This document shows positions 24,198 through 36,190 of a DNA stretch of 64,000 nt, in pieces. A program made the translations under genes and the position numbers. Position 1 is the stretch's first letter. Every line of letters starts with the position of its first letter. Source of the stretch: Macrostomum hystrix (taxonomy: Eukaryota > Animalia > Platyhelminthes); contig CATNEN010000002.1 in NCBI GenBank assembly GCA_950097015.1, positions 5,828,001-5,892,000 of the forward strand, read 5' to 3'. The notes beneath the pieces were generated by a model. The model saw only the letters and a program-made list of their open reading frames with translations, was not told the origin of the DNA and searched no databases.

Positions 24198-25904
24198 GAA
24201 GTTGCCAATAAACCATTTCCGAGAACCAATTTATCGAGATCGAGTATCTCAAGGAGTATGCCTAAACTATTTCCCTAGCAACTGACTAAAAAAGCTAAAT
24301 CTAATTTCAGTAACAGCTCTCTTCACATTTCCGCGCCATTTTTTATCAAATCTCTACTTTGAGAGCACAGCCTGCTCAGAGGAATGAAGTGAGGAAATTG
24401 TGCTCCTTATTTCCCCAGGCGAAAGGCACAGAAATTCAATTTCGCCACTTGCTGGAAATTCACCACAACTGTAGGAATCCCATTTCTCCTGTAGGACTTC
24501 TGTCGTCGAAAGATAATTTTTTATCCCAAAAAATGTGAGGAGAAAAAAGTAATTTGTGCCTCGCTCCTTAAACAGTTGCGCCCGCCAAAACAAAAATTAT
24601 TATGCCTAAGAAATATCTGAAATGACTAAATTACACATTTCTGATCGACCACAGGACTGCAGAATCTCTCAGATTTGACACCTTTGACTTCCTGACACTT
24701 TCTAAACCTGACACTTTTGAATCCCTGACACTTGACTTCCTGACACTTTTGACTTCCTGACACTTTTGACTTCCTGACACTTTTGACTTCCTGACACTTT
24801 TGACTTCCTGACACTTTGACTTCGTGACACTTTTGACTTCCTGACACTTTTGACTTCCTGACACTTTTGACTTCGATCGTGACACTTTTCACTTCCTGAC
24901 ACTTTTGATGTCCTGACACTTTTGACTCCCTGACAATTTGGACTTCCTGACACTTTTGACTTCGTGACACTTTTGACTTCCTGACACTTTTGACTTCGTG
25001 ACACTTTTGACTTCCTGACACTTTTGACTTCCTGACACTTTTGACTTCCTGAAACTTTTGAATCTGACTCTTTAGACTTCCTGACACTTTTGACTTCGTG
25101 ACACTTTTGACTTCCTGACACTTTTGCCTCCCTGAAGCTTTTGTCAAATCCTTTATTTTTCCTTAAACTCCAACAACCAGTGAAAAGCTAAAAAGCAAGC
25201 AGCTGCACTTTTCCATAATCATAAACTAATTTCTGGGTTCACTGATTTAGCCTAGCTTATCAACCTGAAATAGTTCTTGTTTATTAATCTTGGATTCCCG
25301 AATGCTAAAGTACAAATAGGCGAACTCGGCTGCCGACTTGACAGCCACTGAGTGACACTTGACCTCTCCTGACTGATAACTGAAGATCACTTGGAACTTC
25401 TTTCTTATTTTCAGATTATCTTCAAGCATTAGTTCACTTTTTTATGCCATTGTTGTAGTTTCTACTCCTATTTAGGAATGCAAAATCAAAAACTAAAAAA
25501 TACGCTTTAAACAACTCTGGCAGCAAGGAGTACACGGTTTTACTGACCACTTGACTGAGGAGAGATGAGACACGGGAGAGATGAGACACGGGAGAGATGA
25601 GACACGGGAGAGATGAGACACGGGAGAGATGAGACACGGGAGAGATGAGACACGGGAGAGATGAGACACGGGAGAGATGAGACACGGGAGAGATGAGACA
25701 CGGGAGAGATGAGACACGGGAGAGATGAGACACGGGAGAGATTAGATAGAGGAGCGATGAGAGGTATGACTGATTAACTTTTAATCCCGCAGCTCATTAT
25801 CCAACTTCCGACCTGGTTTATCGGCACCAGGTTTAGCAGACAAACAATTCTTAGAATTCTCCGATGATGTTTCTGACACCACTGCCCTTGCCGCTGCTGT
25901 CCTG

Positions 25905-25957
<53 letters not shown>

Positions 25958-26224
25958 AGGTGACTGCAGCGGTGTACACGGGCTGCGTCGGACAGTCGGG
26001 CAGGCCGGTAGACCTGTGGGCCGTCCCACTGTCGCAGTGCAGCAGCCGCTACGACTCCTGGCTAAGCCGCAGTCCGAAGCTGTCGTGCTGGCAGCCTTGG
26101 CAGCGGCTGCGGCTGCGGCGGCGGCTGCGGCAGCTTTGTGAGTTGAAGTTGTGGCTGTCGACGCTGATGACAATGAACTTGCCGACCCCGAGAACAGCAG
26201 CTTCCAGCCACCGTTCAGCAGCAT
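20587..26224 (-). CDS. RGS3-like C2-PDZ-PH protein lacking an RGS domain, complement join(25813..26224,23819..23872,22983..23041,22723..22901,22581..22641,21758..22363,21320..21668,20587..20720), ~617 aa
   Basis: C2 domain rebuilt from four small exons plus the start of the PDZ exon (AEIKLSTS..LTVH/IIEARNL..NSFVR/VSFYPE..TAIVPDTDFPLF..LLVSVWNQ/EFLGCLTF/LNAWYTL). PDZ: GLGFTVSGSAPC..SPADAAGVRAGD. PH: FLFADLLL..LIREPI / LRC..ESRQWCRCIQ. Phases are consistent and the total is 1854 nt. The exon-1 donor and any extra exons at 24-25.5 kb are uncertain. Confidence 0.8.
20825..21275. repeat. Degenerate ~30-bp array (CACCCCATTCTCTAACCAT...) in the last intron of the RGS3-like gene
   Basis: Repeated CCCATT(T/C)TCTAACCAT. 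Confidence 0.85.
23125..23697. repeat. 27-bp intronic minisatellite (CCAGCTCTTGATCCACCGCCATCACAA)
   Basis: Tandem copies; explains four low-complexity ORFs. Confidence 0.96.
24095..24197. repeat. (TTAC)n microsatellite
   Basis: About 25 tetranucleotide units. Confidence 0.97.
24675..25130. repeat. 17-bp minisatellite (GACTTCCTGACACTTTT)
   Basis: Tandem copies. Confidence 0.95.
25559..25741. repeat. 16-bp minisatellite (GAGATGAGACACGGGA), reverse complement of the 62775-64000 array
   Basis: About 11 near-perfect units. Confidence 0.97.
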
Positions 26225-26899
26225 GCTAGCAGAAGCTTTTTCGCGCGACAATGTCTGGAAGAATTTGACAGCAGTCGAACAAATTTCTTCTTTTTTTTTA
26301 AAAAAACGCAGAGAAAAGAGCGTCAGGTTGTGGTTTTAGGTTTATGGTGTGTCTGTGTGTGCATGGTTGATAAGGAGGGAAAGCTAAAAATGCTTCCATT
26401 GGCTGGCCTGACCCGAGAAAACCGGAGGAGAAACTTTCTCGCCCCTCCCCCCCAGCCCCATTAACAGATCTACCCGGAGCCCAGTTTTCGGTTCCTCGCT
26501 AATTACAGACTGGCTTTGCCCACTTGTAAAACCCAGTCCAGCCACTTGTCACTGCGCCGAGGAACTGCCGATCCACCGTCTTGAATTATTCGACTAATTT
26601 TTGGGGGGGGCAACAATGCCTGGCGATGTCTTTCGCTGCAGCTGCTTTTAGCAGCGGACCCTGTACGGTTGCGTCATGCGCCCATCTGGACTGATCATCA
26701 AGTCCAATTTGCAGACAACACTGTGTGTGTGTGTGTGTGTAGCCAATGAATCCACCTGGTTTAAAGAAACTATAGGGATATATTTGAGGTATTTAAAGCA
26801 TGGAAGCTTATCCTATCGGTGGGTGGGGTTAAATTTCTATGCTGGTACTGAAACATTATTCGCTACATAATCTTATTGAGACATTAAAGTCCTGCATTG

Positions 26900-27070
26900 G
26901 AACAGGTCTAAGGCGCTGGCCTCTCGCACCAAGGTCCTGGGCTCGATTCCGCGGCGCGCAGCCGGCATTTGGAGCGCAGCCGCAGAGAGAAGGCTTTGAG
27001 GGCTTGTCGTGCAATTTACGCCCTTGAAGGCCAACCTCCAAGGCGCAGTGAAATTGTACACTGCCTAATG
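26900..27070 (+). mobile_element. Possible degenerate tRNA-headed SINE (third type)
   Basis: GGTCTAAGGCGC...GGTCCTGGGCTCGATTCC resembles a decayed A/B box pair. Confidence 0.35.
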
Positions 27071-27374
27071 AGTCAGGGCAGATGTACACACCTGTGTGAG
27101 CGTGTGCCTGCGTACATTATCTGTGTGCGTGTGTGCTCACAGATTTCGGCGAAATGGGCAGAATTGCCTCCTCGCTGGCTGCGGGTCCAGTGTCACCAAA
27201 TGCCATGTGCCATTGCCTACAATAATTTATTTTTATAAGTCCCAGAACACAAAATAGACTAAAAAATCCAGTAGAAAAAAACTCATTTTTGATTCGCGAA
27301 AGCTTCGTCTTTGTTTCAACGCACATGCTAGACCTTTATTAGACTTTTTATCGGTTCTTGGAAATATAATCTAC

Positions 27375-27675
27375 TAATTAATCATGATTAATTACGCCTG
27401 ACCCAATTGGGCCAGATGTGCAGCCGACAGCACAGCCGCAGCTATTGCGCGGCGCATCTGAAGGCTGCGTACGGCTGTTCAGTCCATGGACTGGGGGGAC
27501 GCCACACCCACCCTCAATTACCCCAGCTAATGCCGATACCCAATTAACAGCTGGGAGAACTGAAGCACTGCAGAGCTAAATGTCTTGCTAAAGGACACAA
27601 ATTGTTTCCAGTGGAGTCGGGAATCGAACCCCGGACCTTCAAGTCGTGAGTCCGACGCTACAACCTTATCTAATA
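27375..27675 (-). mobile_element. tRNA-derived CORE-like SINE (family A)
   Basis: Reverse-complement match to the 19996-20285 and 57440-57650 copies, including the B box and CAGTCCATGGACTG. Confidence 0.85.
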
Positions 27676-27918
27676 GGTAGATTGGACTCCTCACTGAGAG
27701 ATCGGCAGTTCGAATCTCACCCGATCGCAAAATACAAATCATTTTTAACATTCACGTATTTAGCAGTCTAAAGGCCACACCATCCCCACTGGGGAAAGAA
27801 ATTCTAGCCCCCTGTTCTGGATTTTCATGGAGAGACAAAAAATGTGGCTATTTGAAATACCCTAGAAACCCTGGTCTTTCTAGAAAATAACCATCAGTCA
27901 CGGCGTTATTTTTCATCG

Positions 27919-29825
27919 TCAGTCAAGGCGCTGACGTGGCAGTCGGTGCTGTCGCCAGCCGGAGTCCAGCTCCGTGGAGCTCAGACCCGCCGCGGCGCCT
28001 GCAGCCAGCTGGTTCAACTGCTGACTGACGGACCCTGCCGGCATGAAGCCCGGCAGCCAAGCAGGCAGCACAACACCTGGAGCCATCAGCATCGGCGTTG
28101 ACAGCGGAATCCAGACCGGCATAACGCCTGCCACCACGGCGCCCGGAGCCGCCAGAGCTGGCATCAGCGCTCCGCCTGGAGCCAGCAGTCTTCTCGGCGC
28201 CGGCGTTGTCCTCGGAGCTGCTTGTAAGCTTTGGCCCGCGACTCCAGCTGCCGCGGTGGACGCCGCTGGCATGTTGGCCGATGCCACACCTGTCACCACA
28301 CCTGTGGCAGCACCTGTGGCAGCACCTGTGGCAGCACCTGTGGCAGCACCTGTGGCAGCACCTGTGGCAGCACCTGTCGCTGCACCGTTCGCGGCGACTG
28401 TCGCTCTTCCGGCAGTTTCAATCTGCATCATCGTTGAATCTTTCATCGCCGTTGCTGCTGCCGGCTTTGTAGCGTCGTTTTTGTCGACGACCTGCGTTCG
28501 AGCAGTCACGCCTGTCGACGCCAGGGCTTGCCAAATCAGTAGCAGCTGACAGCAGGAGGCTAACCAAGCTGACAGACAGCTGGCCAGACCCAGCCACTGA
28601 GCCAGGCCGGCTTCCATTGTGCTCGGAGCTGCAGATGATGCAGCCGAGGCCAACCAGTCCACTGCGGCTGACACCTGCCAGAATTCAGCAATGGCCGCTT
28701 TAATGACATCAGCTGTTAGCCGTCTGACCGTCCCTCTCAGAGACACGACCACGGTTCTGTGTCCAAAGACACTTGGTGGACAACATGGACACCGATTGGA
28801 ATTGCACCCTATGATGGACGATTTGGAATAGACACCTTGTGGTGGACACCCTGGAAAAGACACATTGCAGTAGACAGACTTCCCATGTTGGTCACCTAGA
28901 AAGGACATCTCATGGTGGGCACCTGGTAGAGACAACTAGTAGTGGACACCCTAGAAAAACGGCTAGTGGTAGACGTCCTGGAAAAGACACCTTATGGTTG
29001 GATGGTGGACACCGTGGAAAAGACACCTTATGGTTGGATGGTGGACACCGTGGAAAAGACACCTTATGGTTGGATGGTGGACACCGTGGAAAAGACACCT
29101 TATGGTTGGATGGTGGACACCGTGGAAAAGACACCTCATAGACGGCAAAAGAAAAAGACACCATGTGGTGGACACCCTTGGAAAGTCGCCTAGTGGTGGA
29201 CAACCCGGAAAAGACACCCCAGGGCGGATACCATGGAAAAGACACCCCGTGGTGGACACCCTGGAAAAGATACCCAAACGGTGGACACCCTGGAAAAGAT
29301 ACCCAAACGGTGGACACCCTGGAAAAGACACCCTGGAAATGATGGACACCCGGCCTTGACGCACCTGGCAGGCCAGGTAGGCAACTCCCTGGCAGACGAA
29401 GGCAGCCCAGGCGGCCCCCAGGCCGACGCCGCAGAACCGTCCGCCGGCTTTCTCAGTCGGCGCGAACGGCACCACGGCGACGGCGCAGGCAGCTAGCAGG
29501 TGCAGGGCTGCCGCGGTCAGGTGAAGGCCCAGGGCGGACAGCCGCCACTGGCGCCTGGACAACTCGCCGGCGACTGTCCCGGCGGTCGCCAAGGTTGAAG
29601 TTGACTGGCCAAAGTCGAGGGGTTGGCAGCGCATGGAGCTGTCGCAGCCAGATAGAATGCCTCGCATTGAAATCTTCGTTGAATTTCCGCCGTCAGATGC
29701 CGCGGCAGCGACCGTCAGCCACCAGCTGGGCAGGTTGAGCGAAGCCAAGTTGAATGACAATGCGGCTGCGGTGGTCGCTAAGCTCGCGGCCAGGTAGGGC
29801 GCCAGGCGGCGAAGTCGTCTAGTTT

Positions 29826-29865
<40 letters not shown>

Positions 29866-30743
29866 ACTGGCTTTTGACGCTGCTGGCTTTCTGCATTCGA
29901 AGTCGTCAATAAGTCCTCAGTTCTTAAAATCCGCTCCACAGTTTTGGAAATCCGCCCTTCAGTTTTTGAAATCCGCCCCTTAGTTTTGGAAATCCGCTCT
30001 TCAGTTTTTGAAATCCGCCCCTCAGTTTTAGAAATCCGCCCCTCAGTTTTGAAATCCACTCTTCAGTTTTAGAAATCCGCTCTTCAGTTTTTGAAATCCG
30101 CCCCTCAGTTTTAGAAATCCGCCCCTCAGTTTTGAAATCCACTCTTCAGTTTTAGAAATCCGCCGCTCAGTTTTGGAAATCCGCCCCTCAGTTTTGGAAA
30201 TCCGCCCCTCAGTTTTGGAAATCCACCCCTCAGTTTTGGAAATCCGCCCCTCAGTTTTGGAAATCCGCCCTTTAGTTTTGGAAAATCGCTCCTCAGTTAT
30301 GGAAACCGCCCCTCAGTTCTCGAAATCCGCTCCTCAGTTCTCGAAATCCGCTCCTCAGTTCTGGAAATCCACCCCTCAGTTTAGGAAATCGGCCCTTCAG
30401 TTTTGGAAATCGGCCCTTCAGTTTTGGAAATCTGCCCTTCAGTTTTGGAAATCGGCCCTTCAGTTTTGGAAATCGGCCCTTCAGTTTTGGAAATCTGCCC
30501 TTCAGTTTTGGAAATCCGCCCTTTAGCTTTGGAAATCCGCCCCTCAGTTTTGGAAATCCGCCCTTTAGTTTTGGAAATTCGCCCTTTAGTTTTGGAAATT
30601 CGCCCCTCAGTTCTCGAAATCCGCTCCTCAGTTCTCGAAATCCGCTCCTCAGTTCTGGAAATCCACCCTCCTTCTGGAAATCCGCTCGAATCCTAAAGTA
30701 CAATCAATCACTCACTGATTCGCCGTAGCGGCTGAAGCTTCAT
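27919..30743 (-). CDS. Claudin/PMP22-superfamily-like four-TM protein with a long low-complexity tail, complement join(30716..30743,29365..29915,27919..28674), ~444 aa
   Basis: Four hydrophobic segments. TM1 is followed by LPSWW and then RGILSGC..RC (GLW-C-C-like motif); GLAQWLG precedes TM4. The intron CAG|GTGCGT...GGCAG| is phase 0. The first exon has a strong GTGAGT donor and matching phase, but the 29916 acceptor is weak. Confidence 0.6.
28830..29350. repeat. Degenerate array (GGTGGACACCCTGGAAAAGACACC; 36-bp and 24-bp periods) in the claudin-like intron
   Basis: Repeated GGACACC..GGAAAAGA. Confidence 0.9.
29925..30690. repeat. 21-bp minisatellite (GAAATCCGCCCCTCAGTTTTG)
   Basis: About 36 tandem units. 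Confidence 0.96.
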
Positions 30744-31747
30744 GCCCTCTCCGCGGAGATTCGGCTGGCATCAGAACGGGCAAGCAGGTGTTTGTCAGGT
30801 TAGAGACTTTCAGGCTAGCTCAGCGAAGCTTTCCAAATGCATACAATGCGCCAAGCTTCCGAACTTCTTTCAAATGTTTTGTTCTGTCTGTTGGTCGCCG
30901 GAATTTGAGTTAAGGGCGGTGCTGGGCTGGTCAAGTGGCTCACAAGTGGCCGCTGATTCTCATGATCTTCATGCCTTAGCCATTGGCAAATGGCTGCAAT
31001 TGTGTGTGCGCACAGAATACAGGTGCTACACCTGAGAGCCAAATAAGGCTCGCTAAAAATGAATTTTACATAATTCATAAATCACTTTTTTCTTACCTGT
31101 CAATTTAGACTTGTCTTTTCTGTCATCTTTGAATGGTAACATTTGACAATTTGACCTGAAAATTTCTTCACTGTCAATTTGCAACGGAGTTTCCTAGGCT
31201 AGCTGCGATTCCTGCTACGATTCTCTGTAGGATTTCTGGTAAATGATGCTTTTTAGTGCGATTCCTGTTTCGACTATATATTCCCTTTCTTGTCCGATTT
31301 TATCGATATTTGCTGCGATTCTATCTACAGCTTCTTGCCCGATTCTAGCTGCGATTCCTGCTGCGTTTCCATCGACAGTTTCCTGCTCAATTCTACCTGC
31401 GATTTCTTCTGCGATTCCTGCTGCGGTTCCTGCTGCGGTTCTAGGTACGATAATAGCTATGATCCTTCCATACTTTTGGAGGCATTCGTTCCTAATAGAA
31501 AAAATGTTCAGCGGTGAATTGCCGTGTCCTCTAATTCCTAATGTTTAAACCAGGTTGCAGAAAAGAACTACAGTCATAGCTGCCTCGCCATCTTATTATT
31601 CTAAGAAACACCGCCTTCTTCAGCAGCATGCAACTTCACATACTACGATAATTGGCCGAACTATCGGCTTTGTCAGGGGCCATCGGATATAGACAGTGCG
31701 CAGAATTTCGCAGAAACATTGGCGAAGTCCTTGCAGCACAGAAAAAT

Positions 31748-31750
<3 letters not shown>

Positions 31751-31840
<90 letters not shown>
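31751..31840. repeat. Perfect (CAG)30 trinucleotide tract
   Basis: 90 nt of uninterrupted CAG. Confidence 0.98.
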
Positions 31841-31841
<1 letters not shown>

Positions 31842-32139
31842 TAGCTGTTTTGACTTCAGCTATCGAAAGTTGGCCTCACCAAGCTTACCAGTGGCATGCG
31901 ATGATCCAGGCAGTGCTGATTTATTGCGTCAAACACAAGGTCTGCGATGTTGCACACTGCGGGACCGGAACGGCATGCGGAGAGGAAAAATATCCCCTCC
32001 AATGCGAGACAACTTGGACTGAGCCCCCAAAAGCAAAGACGGGCAGAATAGTGACAAGATGAGAGAGGGAAGAGGTTAGGTGGGAGAATTGGCGGATTAT
32101 TGGGATGCAAATCTGCCTGCCGATACAAATCGGAGAGCT

Positions 32140-32632
32140 GGGGGAGAGTGGGGAGGCAGGGAGTGGAGGAGTTGGGGAGAGTGAGGAGGAGACGGGAAGA
32201 GTGGGGGAGGAGGAGACAGGGGTAGAGTGGGGGAGGAGGAGACAGGGGGAGAGTGAGGAGAGGAGACAGTGGTAGAATGGGGGAGGAGGAGACAGGGAGA
32301 GAGTGAGGAGAGGAGACAGGGAGAGAGTAAGAAGATTAGACAAGGGGAGAGTGAGGGAGGAGGAGACAGGGGGAGAGTGAGGAGAGGAGACAGTGGTAGA
32401 GTGGGGGAGGGGGAGACAGGGGGAGAGAGAGGAGAGGAGACAGGGGGAGAGTGAGGGAGGAGGAGACAGGGGGAGAGTGAGGGAGGAGGAGACAGGGGAG
32501 AGTGAGGCAGGAGGAGACAGGGGGAGAGTGAGGAGAGGAGACAGGGGGAGAGTGAGGAGACAGGGGGAGAATGAGGAGACTGGGGGAGAGAGAGCAGACA
32601 GGGGGAGAGTGGAGGAGGAGACAGGGGAGAGT
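32140..32632. repeat. Polypurine GA-rich array (GAGGAGACAGGGGGAGAGT)
   Basis: Almost purely purine on the + strand. Confidence 0.92.
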
Positions 32633-32984
32633 TTGCTCTAAAAGTGCACCAATTAAAGAAGAAGAAAGCGGATCAGGTTCAAAGCCGGTTCTCTCGCAAT
32701 CCAGGCAGTCCTTCCAGCCGCAATGAGAGCTACGAGCGCATTTTCTTGAAGCTAGGCTCCTACTATATGCGACAAAGAATTTGACACCTAAACAATAACA
32801 TTATGCCAATATACCATGAGGAATCTGTCTGGAAACTCTTCGATTCAAGCAATGTGAAATTCGAAGCTAAGAGGTCACGCTTTTGTTATTAGTGACTTTT
32901 TCACCGGTGATTGGTGCCAGATAAACTGACTGAGCGACAGTCAGAAGATTAAAGATGAGCGATCTTAGCTTATAAGTGAATGAC

Positions 32985-33730
32985 TGCGCGAATCACACAC
33001 TGGACTGCACGAATCACACCTTTATAACTGCACGAATCACACCGTCATAACTGAACGAATCACACCTTTATAACTGCGCGAATCACACACTTGACTGCAC
33101 GAATCACAGCTTTATAACTGTACGAATCACACCTTTATAAGTGAACGAATCACACCTTTATAACTGTACGAATCACACCTTTATAACTACACGAATCACA
33201 CCTTTATAACTGCACGAATCACACCTTTATAACTGTACGAATCACACACTGGACTGCACGAAACACAACTTTAAGACTGCACGAATCACACCTTCATAAC
33301 TGCACGAAACACACCGTCATAACTGAACGAATCAAACCTTTAAGACTGCACGAATCACACCTTCATAACTGAACGAATCACACCTTCATAACTGCCCGAA
33401 TCACAAACTGGACTGCACGAAGCACACGTTTATAACTGTACGAATCACACCTTCATAACTGCACGAATCACACCTTCATAACTGCACGAATCACACCTTT
33501 ATAACTGTACGAATCACACCTTCATAACTGCACGAATCACACCTTTATAACTGTACGAATCACACCTTTATAACTGTACGAATCACACCTTTATAACTGT
33601 ACGAATCACACTTTTATAACTGCACGAATCACACCTTTATAACTGTAAAAATCACACTGGACTGCACGAAACACACCTTTATAACTGCACGAATCACGCT
33701 TTTAGAACTGTACGAATCATACCTTTTAGA
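32985..33730. repeat. 23-bp minisatellite (ATAACTGCACGAATCACACCTTT)
   Basis: Tandem copies. Confidence 0.95.
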
Positions 33731-34234
33731 CTACACAAAAGTAACACTTTTGTCGCCAATAATTTCACCTTCAAAAGCGCACGAAACACCAATAATATTA
33801 CCTCGATGACTGCGTGAGTCTTACTAAAGAAAAAAACACTAAAGTCTAGAAGCGGCTGCATTCACACAGACAACATTCTTGTGCTGCACTGAGTAATCAC
33901 ATCATATTTTACAATTAGTCGATTCATATTTTAAGGCATGAATTTTGTGCCGAAAGAAAACTGATAAATGTATACCAGTAACGCATTAATTAGTTGCTTA
34001 TTTAACTGCAATAGTTAACAGCAAATGGATCCTAGCAAAGATTTAGAGCTTTGTTTCGTTTCCGTACAAAAACTATTAGCAACAAGTAAAACATGTAAGC
34101 TGAGATATGAGACTGGCAACAGTTTTGTCAAATATATACATTCAAACTGCACTACTTACATAAGTAGCATACAGTGGTCACAGTAGTAGTAGTTAGTACT
34201 ATTTTTAATGACAATGACAATTTAAATCCCAAAT

Positions 34235-34580
34235 TCCAATGGATCCGAATCCCCAAATCTTAATCCAAAAACTTAATTTGATTGAAACCAAATCCCAATG
34301 GATCCAAGCCACAAATCCCAAATCCCAACGGATACGAATCTTAAATCCCAAATCCCAATGGATCCAAATCTTAAATCCCAAATCTCAATAGATCCGAATC
34401 TTAAATCCCAAATCTCAAAAGATCCGAATCTTAAATCCCAAATCTCAATAGATCCGAATCTTAAATCCCAAATCTCAAAAGATCCGAATCTTAAATCCCA
34501 AATCTCAATAGATCCGAATCTTATATCCCAAATCCTAATAGATTTGAATCTTAAATCTCATTGCGATCTGAATCCTAAAT
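34235..34580. repeat. 30-bp array (GATCCGAATCTTAAATCCCAAATCTCAATA) directly 3' of the SNIP1 stop
   Basis: Tandem copies. Confidence 0.92.
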
Positions 34581-34588
34581 CCCATTTG

Positions 34589-36190
34589 TCATCGCTGCCG
34601 AGACACTCCGGCAGCGGCCCTGGCAGCAATGGGATCGTCAGCGTCGGAATCCTCGCTGTCGCTGGGCGCCACCCGATCTTCGCCGGCTGAGGCGCCGCCT
34701 TCGGCCTCGTCACCGGCGTTCTCGCTGAGCACAACATACTCGCGAGTACTAAAACCGAATTTGAGCACGTCACGCTCTTTGAGCTCAAAATAGCGACGCG
34801 CGTCGATTCGTTCGCCGTTGAGAAAAGTGCCATTGGCCGACTCCAGGTCGATGATGTACGGCTTCACCACGCGCAGCTTGCCACCATCTGGCTGCTCGAT
34901 CTCCACTAGGCGATACTGCAGGGCCGCGTGCTGCTTGGAGATTGACGGATGGTCGAACGGGATGTCGGCGATTTTGCGATCCCGACCAATCAGGTAGCCG
35001 CTCTGCCGGTGCACGTACAGCGGCTTCAGCGCCTCCTCGCCCTGGATGGACATTAATAATGGGGAAATTTCAAGATCCGTAAGGGAGAGTGGGAAAATTC
35101 CACAAACCCTTATGAGGATTTGAATGGGAGAATTTTACACTCGCTGATTAGGATCTGAAATCTGAATGGGAGAATTCTACGATCCCAGATGAGGATCTGA
35201 GTGGGAGAATTCTATGATCCCTGATGAGGATCTGAGTGGGCTTTAGTTAGTGGTCGATGGTCGAAAGCGTGCTCAACTGAGCGCTGCCCAGCGGGCGACA
35301 AAATCTATTTAATGGATCGATAATTGGGGTGGGGGTACGACAGGTGAGAGTTGATAGTGCTGAGTGCGCGTGTAAGACGCTGATTGGCTGGAGCGAGCTG
35401 ACACCATGCGGGGCGAAGTAAACAATACGCAAGTCTTACAGATCGGAGTGGGAGAATTCTACGATCCCTGATTAGGATCTGAATGGGAGAATTCTACGAT
35501 CCCAGATGAGGATCTGAATGGGAGAATTCTACGATCCCTGATGAGGATCTGAGTGGGAGATTTCTACAATCCCTGATGAGGATCTGAATGGGAGAATTCT
35601 ACAATCCCTGATGGGGATCTGAATGGGAGAATTCTACAATCCCTGATGAGGATCGGAGTAAGGATTGTAAGGATCTGAATAGGAATGATATTAAAAATCT
35701 CGTGTGAGTATTCGAATGGGATAATCCCACAACATTTATGAGGATCTGGGAGGATCCATGGGGTGCTATAAGTGGCATGTCCGGCCCTCACCTTGAACGG
35801 ATAAAGCCGCCAACGTTTCTTAGGCATTCGAGCATTAGCCGGCTCGCTGTACTTGATTAGGACGCCCTTGTACATATTGGTGTCCTCGGCCAGCTTGCCA
35901 GACAGACCCATGTTGGCCAGCTGCTTGGGTGGCTTCGGTTTCTGCTCCTCTGAGGCCTCATCTTCAGTCTTTGGTTTGCGCTGATCTGATTTGCCCCATT
36001 CGTACTGCTGATGGCGACCGCCGCCGCCTCCGCGCCCGCCGCCGCCCTGACCACCGCGGTAACTTGACGATCGTTCGGCTGAACGAGAACGCGACCGGCG
36101 CTCATTGTCATCTTGATCCGGACGTCGCTGATCGCGGTGCCTGTCGCGGTGCTTGCCTCGATCGTCGTCTCGCTGACGATGTCTATCCAT
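34589..36190 (-). CDS. SNIP1: Smad nuclear-interacting protein 1 / Pml1 (FHA domain, RES complex), complement join(35792..36190,34589..35041), ~283 aa
   Basis: GLSGKLAEDTN..IKYSEPANARMPKKRWRLYPFK|GEE..YLIGRDRKIADIPFDHPSISKQHAALQYR..VKPYIIDLESANGTFLN..ELKERDVLKFGFSTREYV is the SNIP1 signature; phase-0 GT-AG intron. Confidence 0.96.
35150..35660. repeat. 35-bp minisatellite (GATCTGAATGGGAGAATTCTACGATCCCTGATGAG) in the SNIP1 intron, split by a unique 205-bp insert
   Basis: Units at 35150-35240 and 35446-35660. Confidence 0.92.

Noticed and set aside
24354-24593. Extra exon of the RGS3-like gene (also 25247-25429)
   Set aside because: No recognisable motif, and the gene model is already phase-consistent without it; not excluded without RNA data.
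31652-32062. Poly-Q ORF as a real gene
   Set aside because: Non-ATG start, length driven by the CAG tract, and no domain or convincing splice context.
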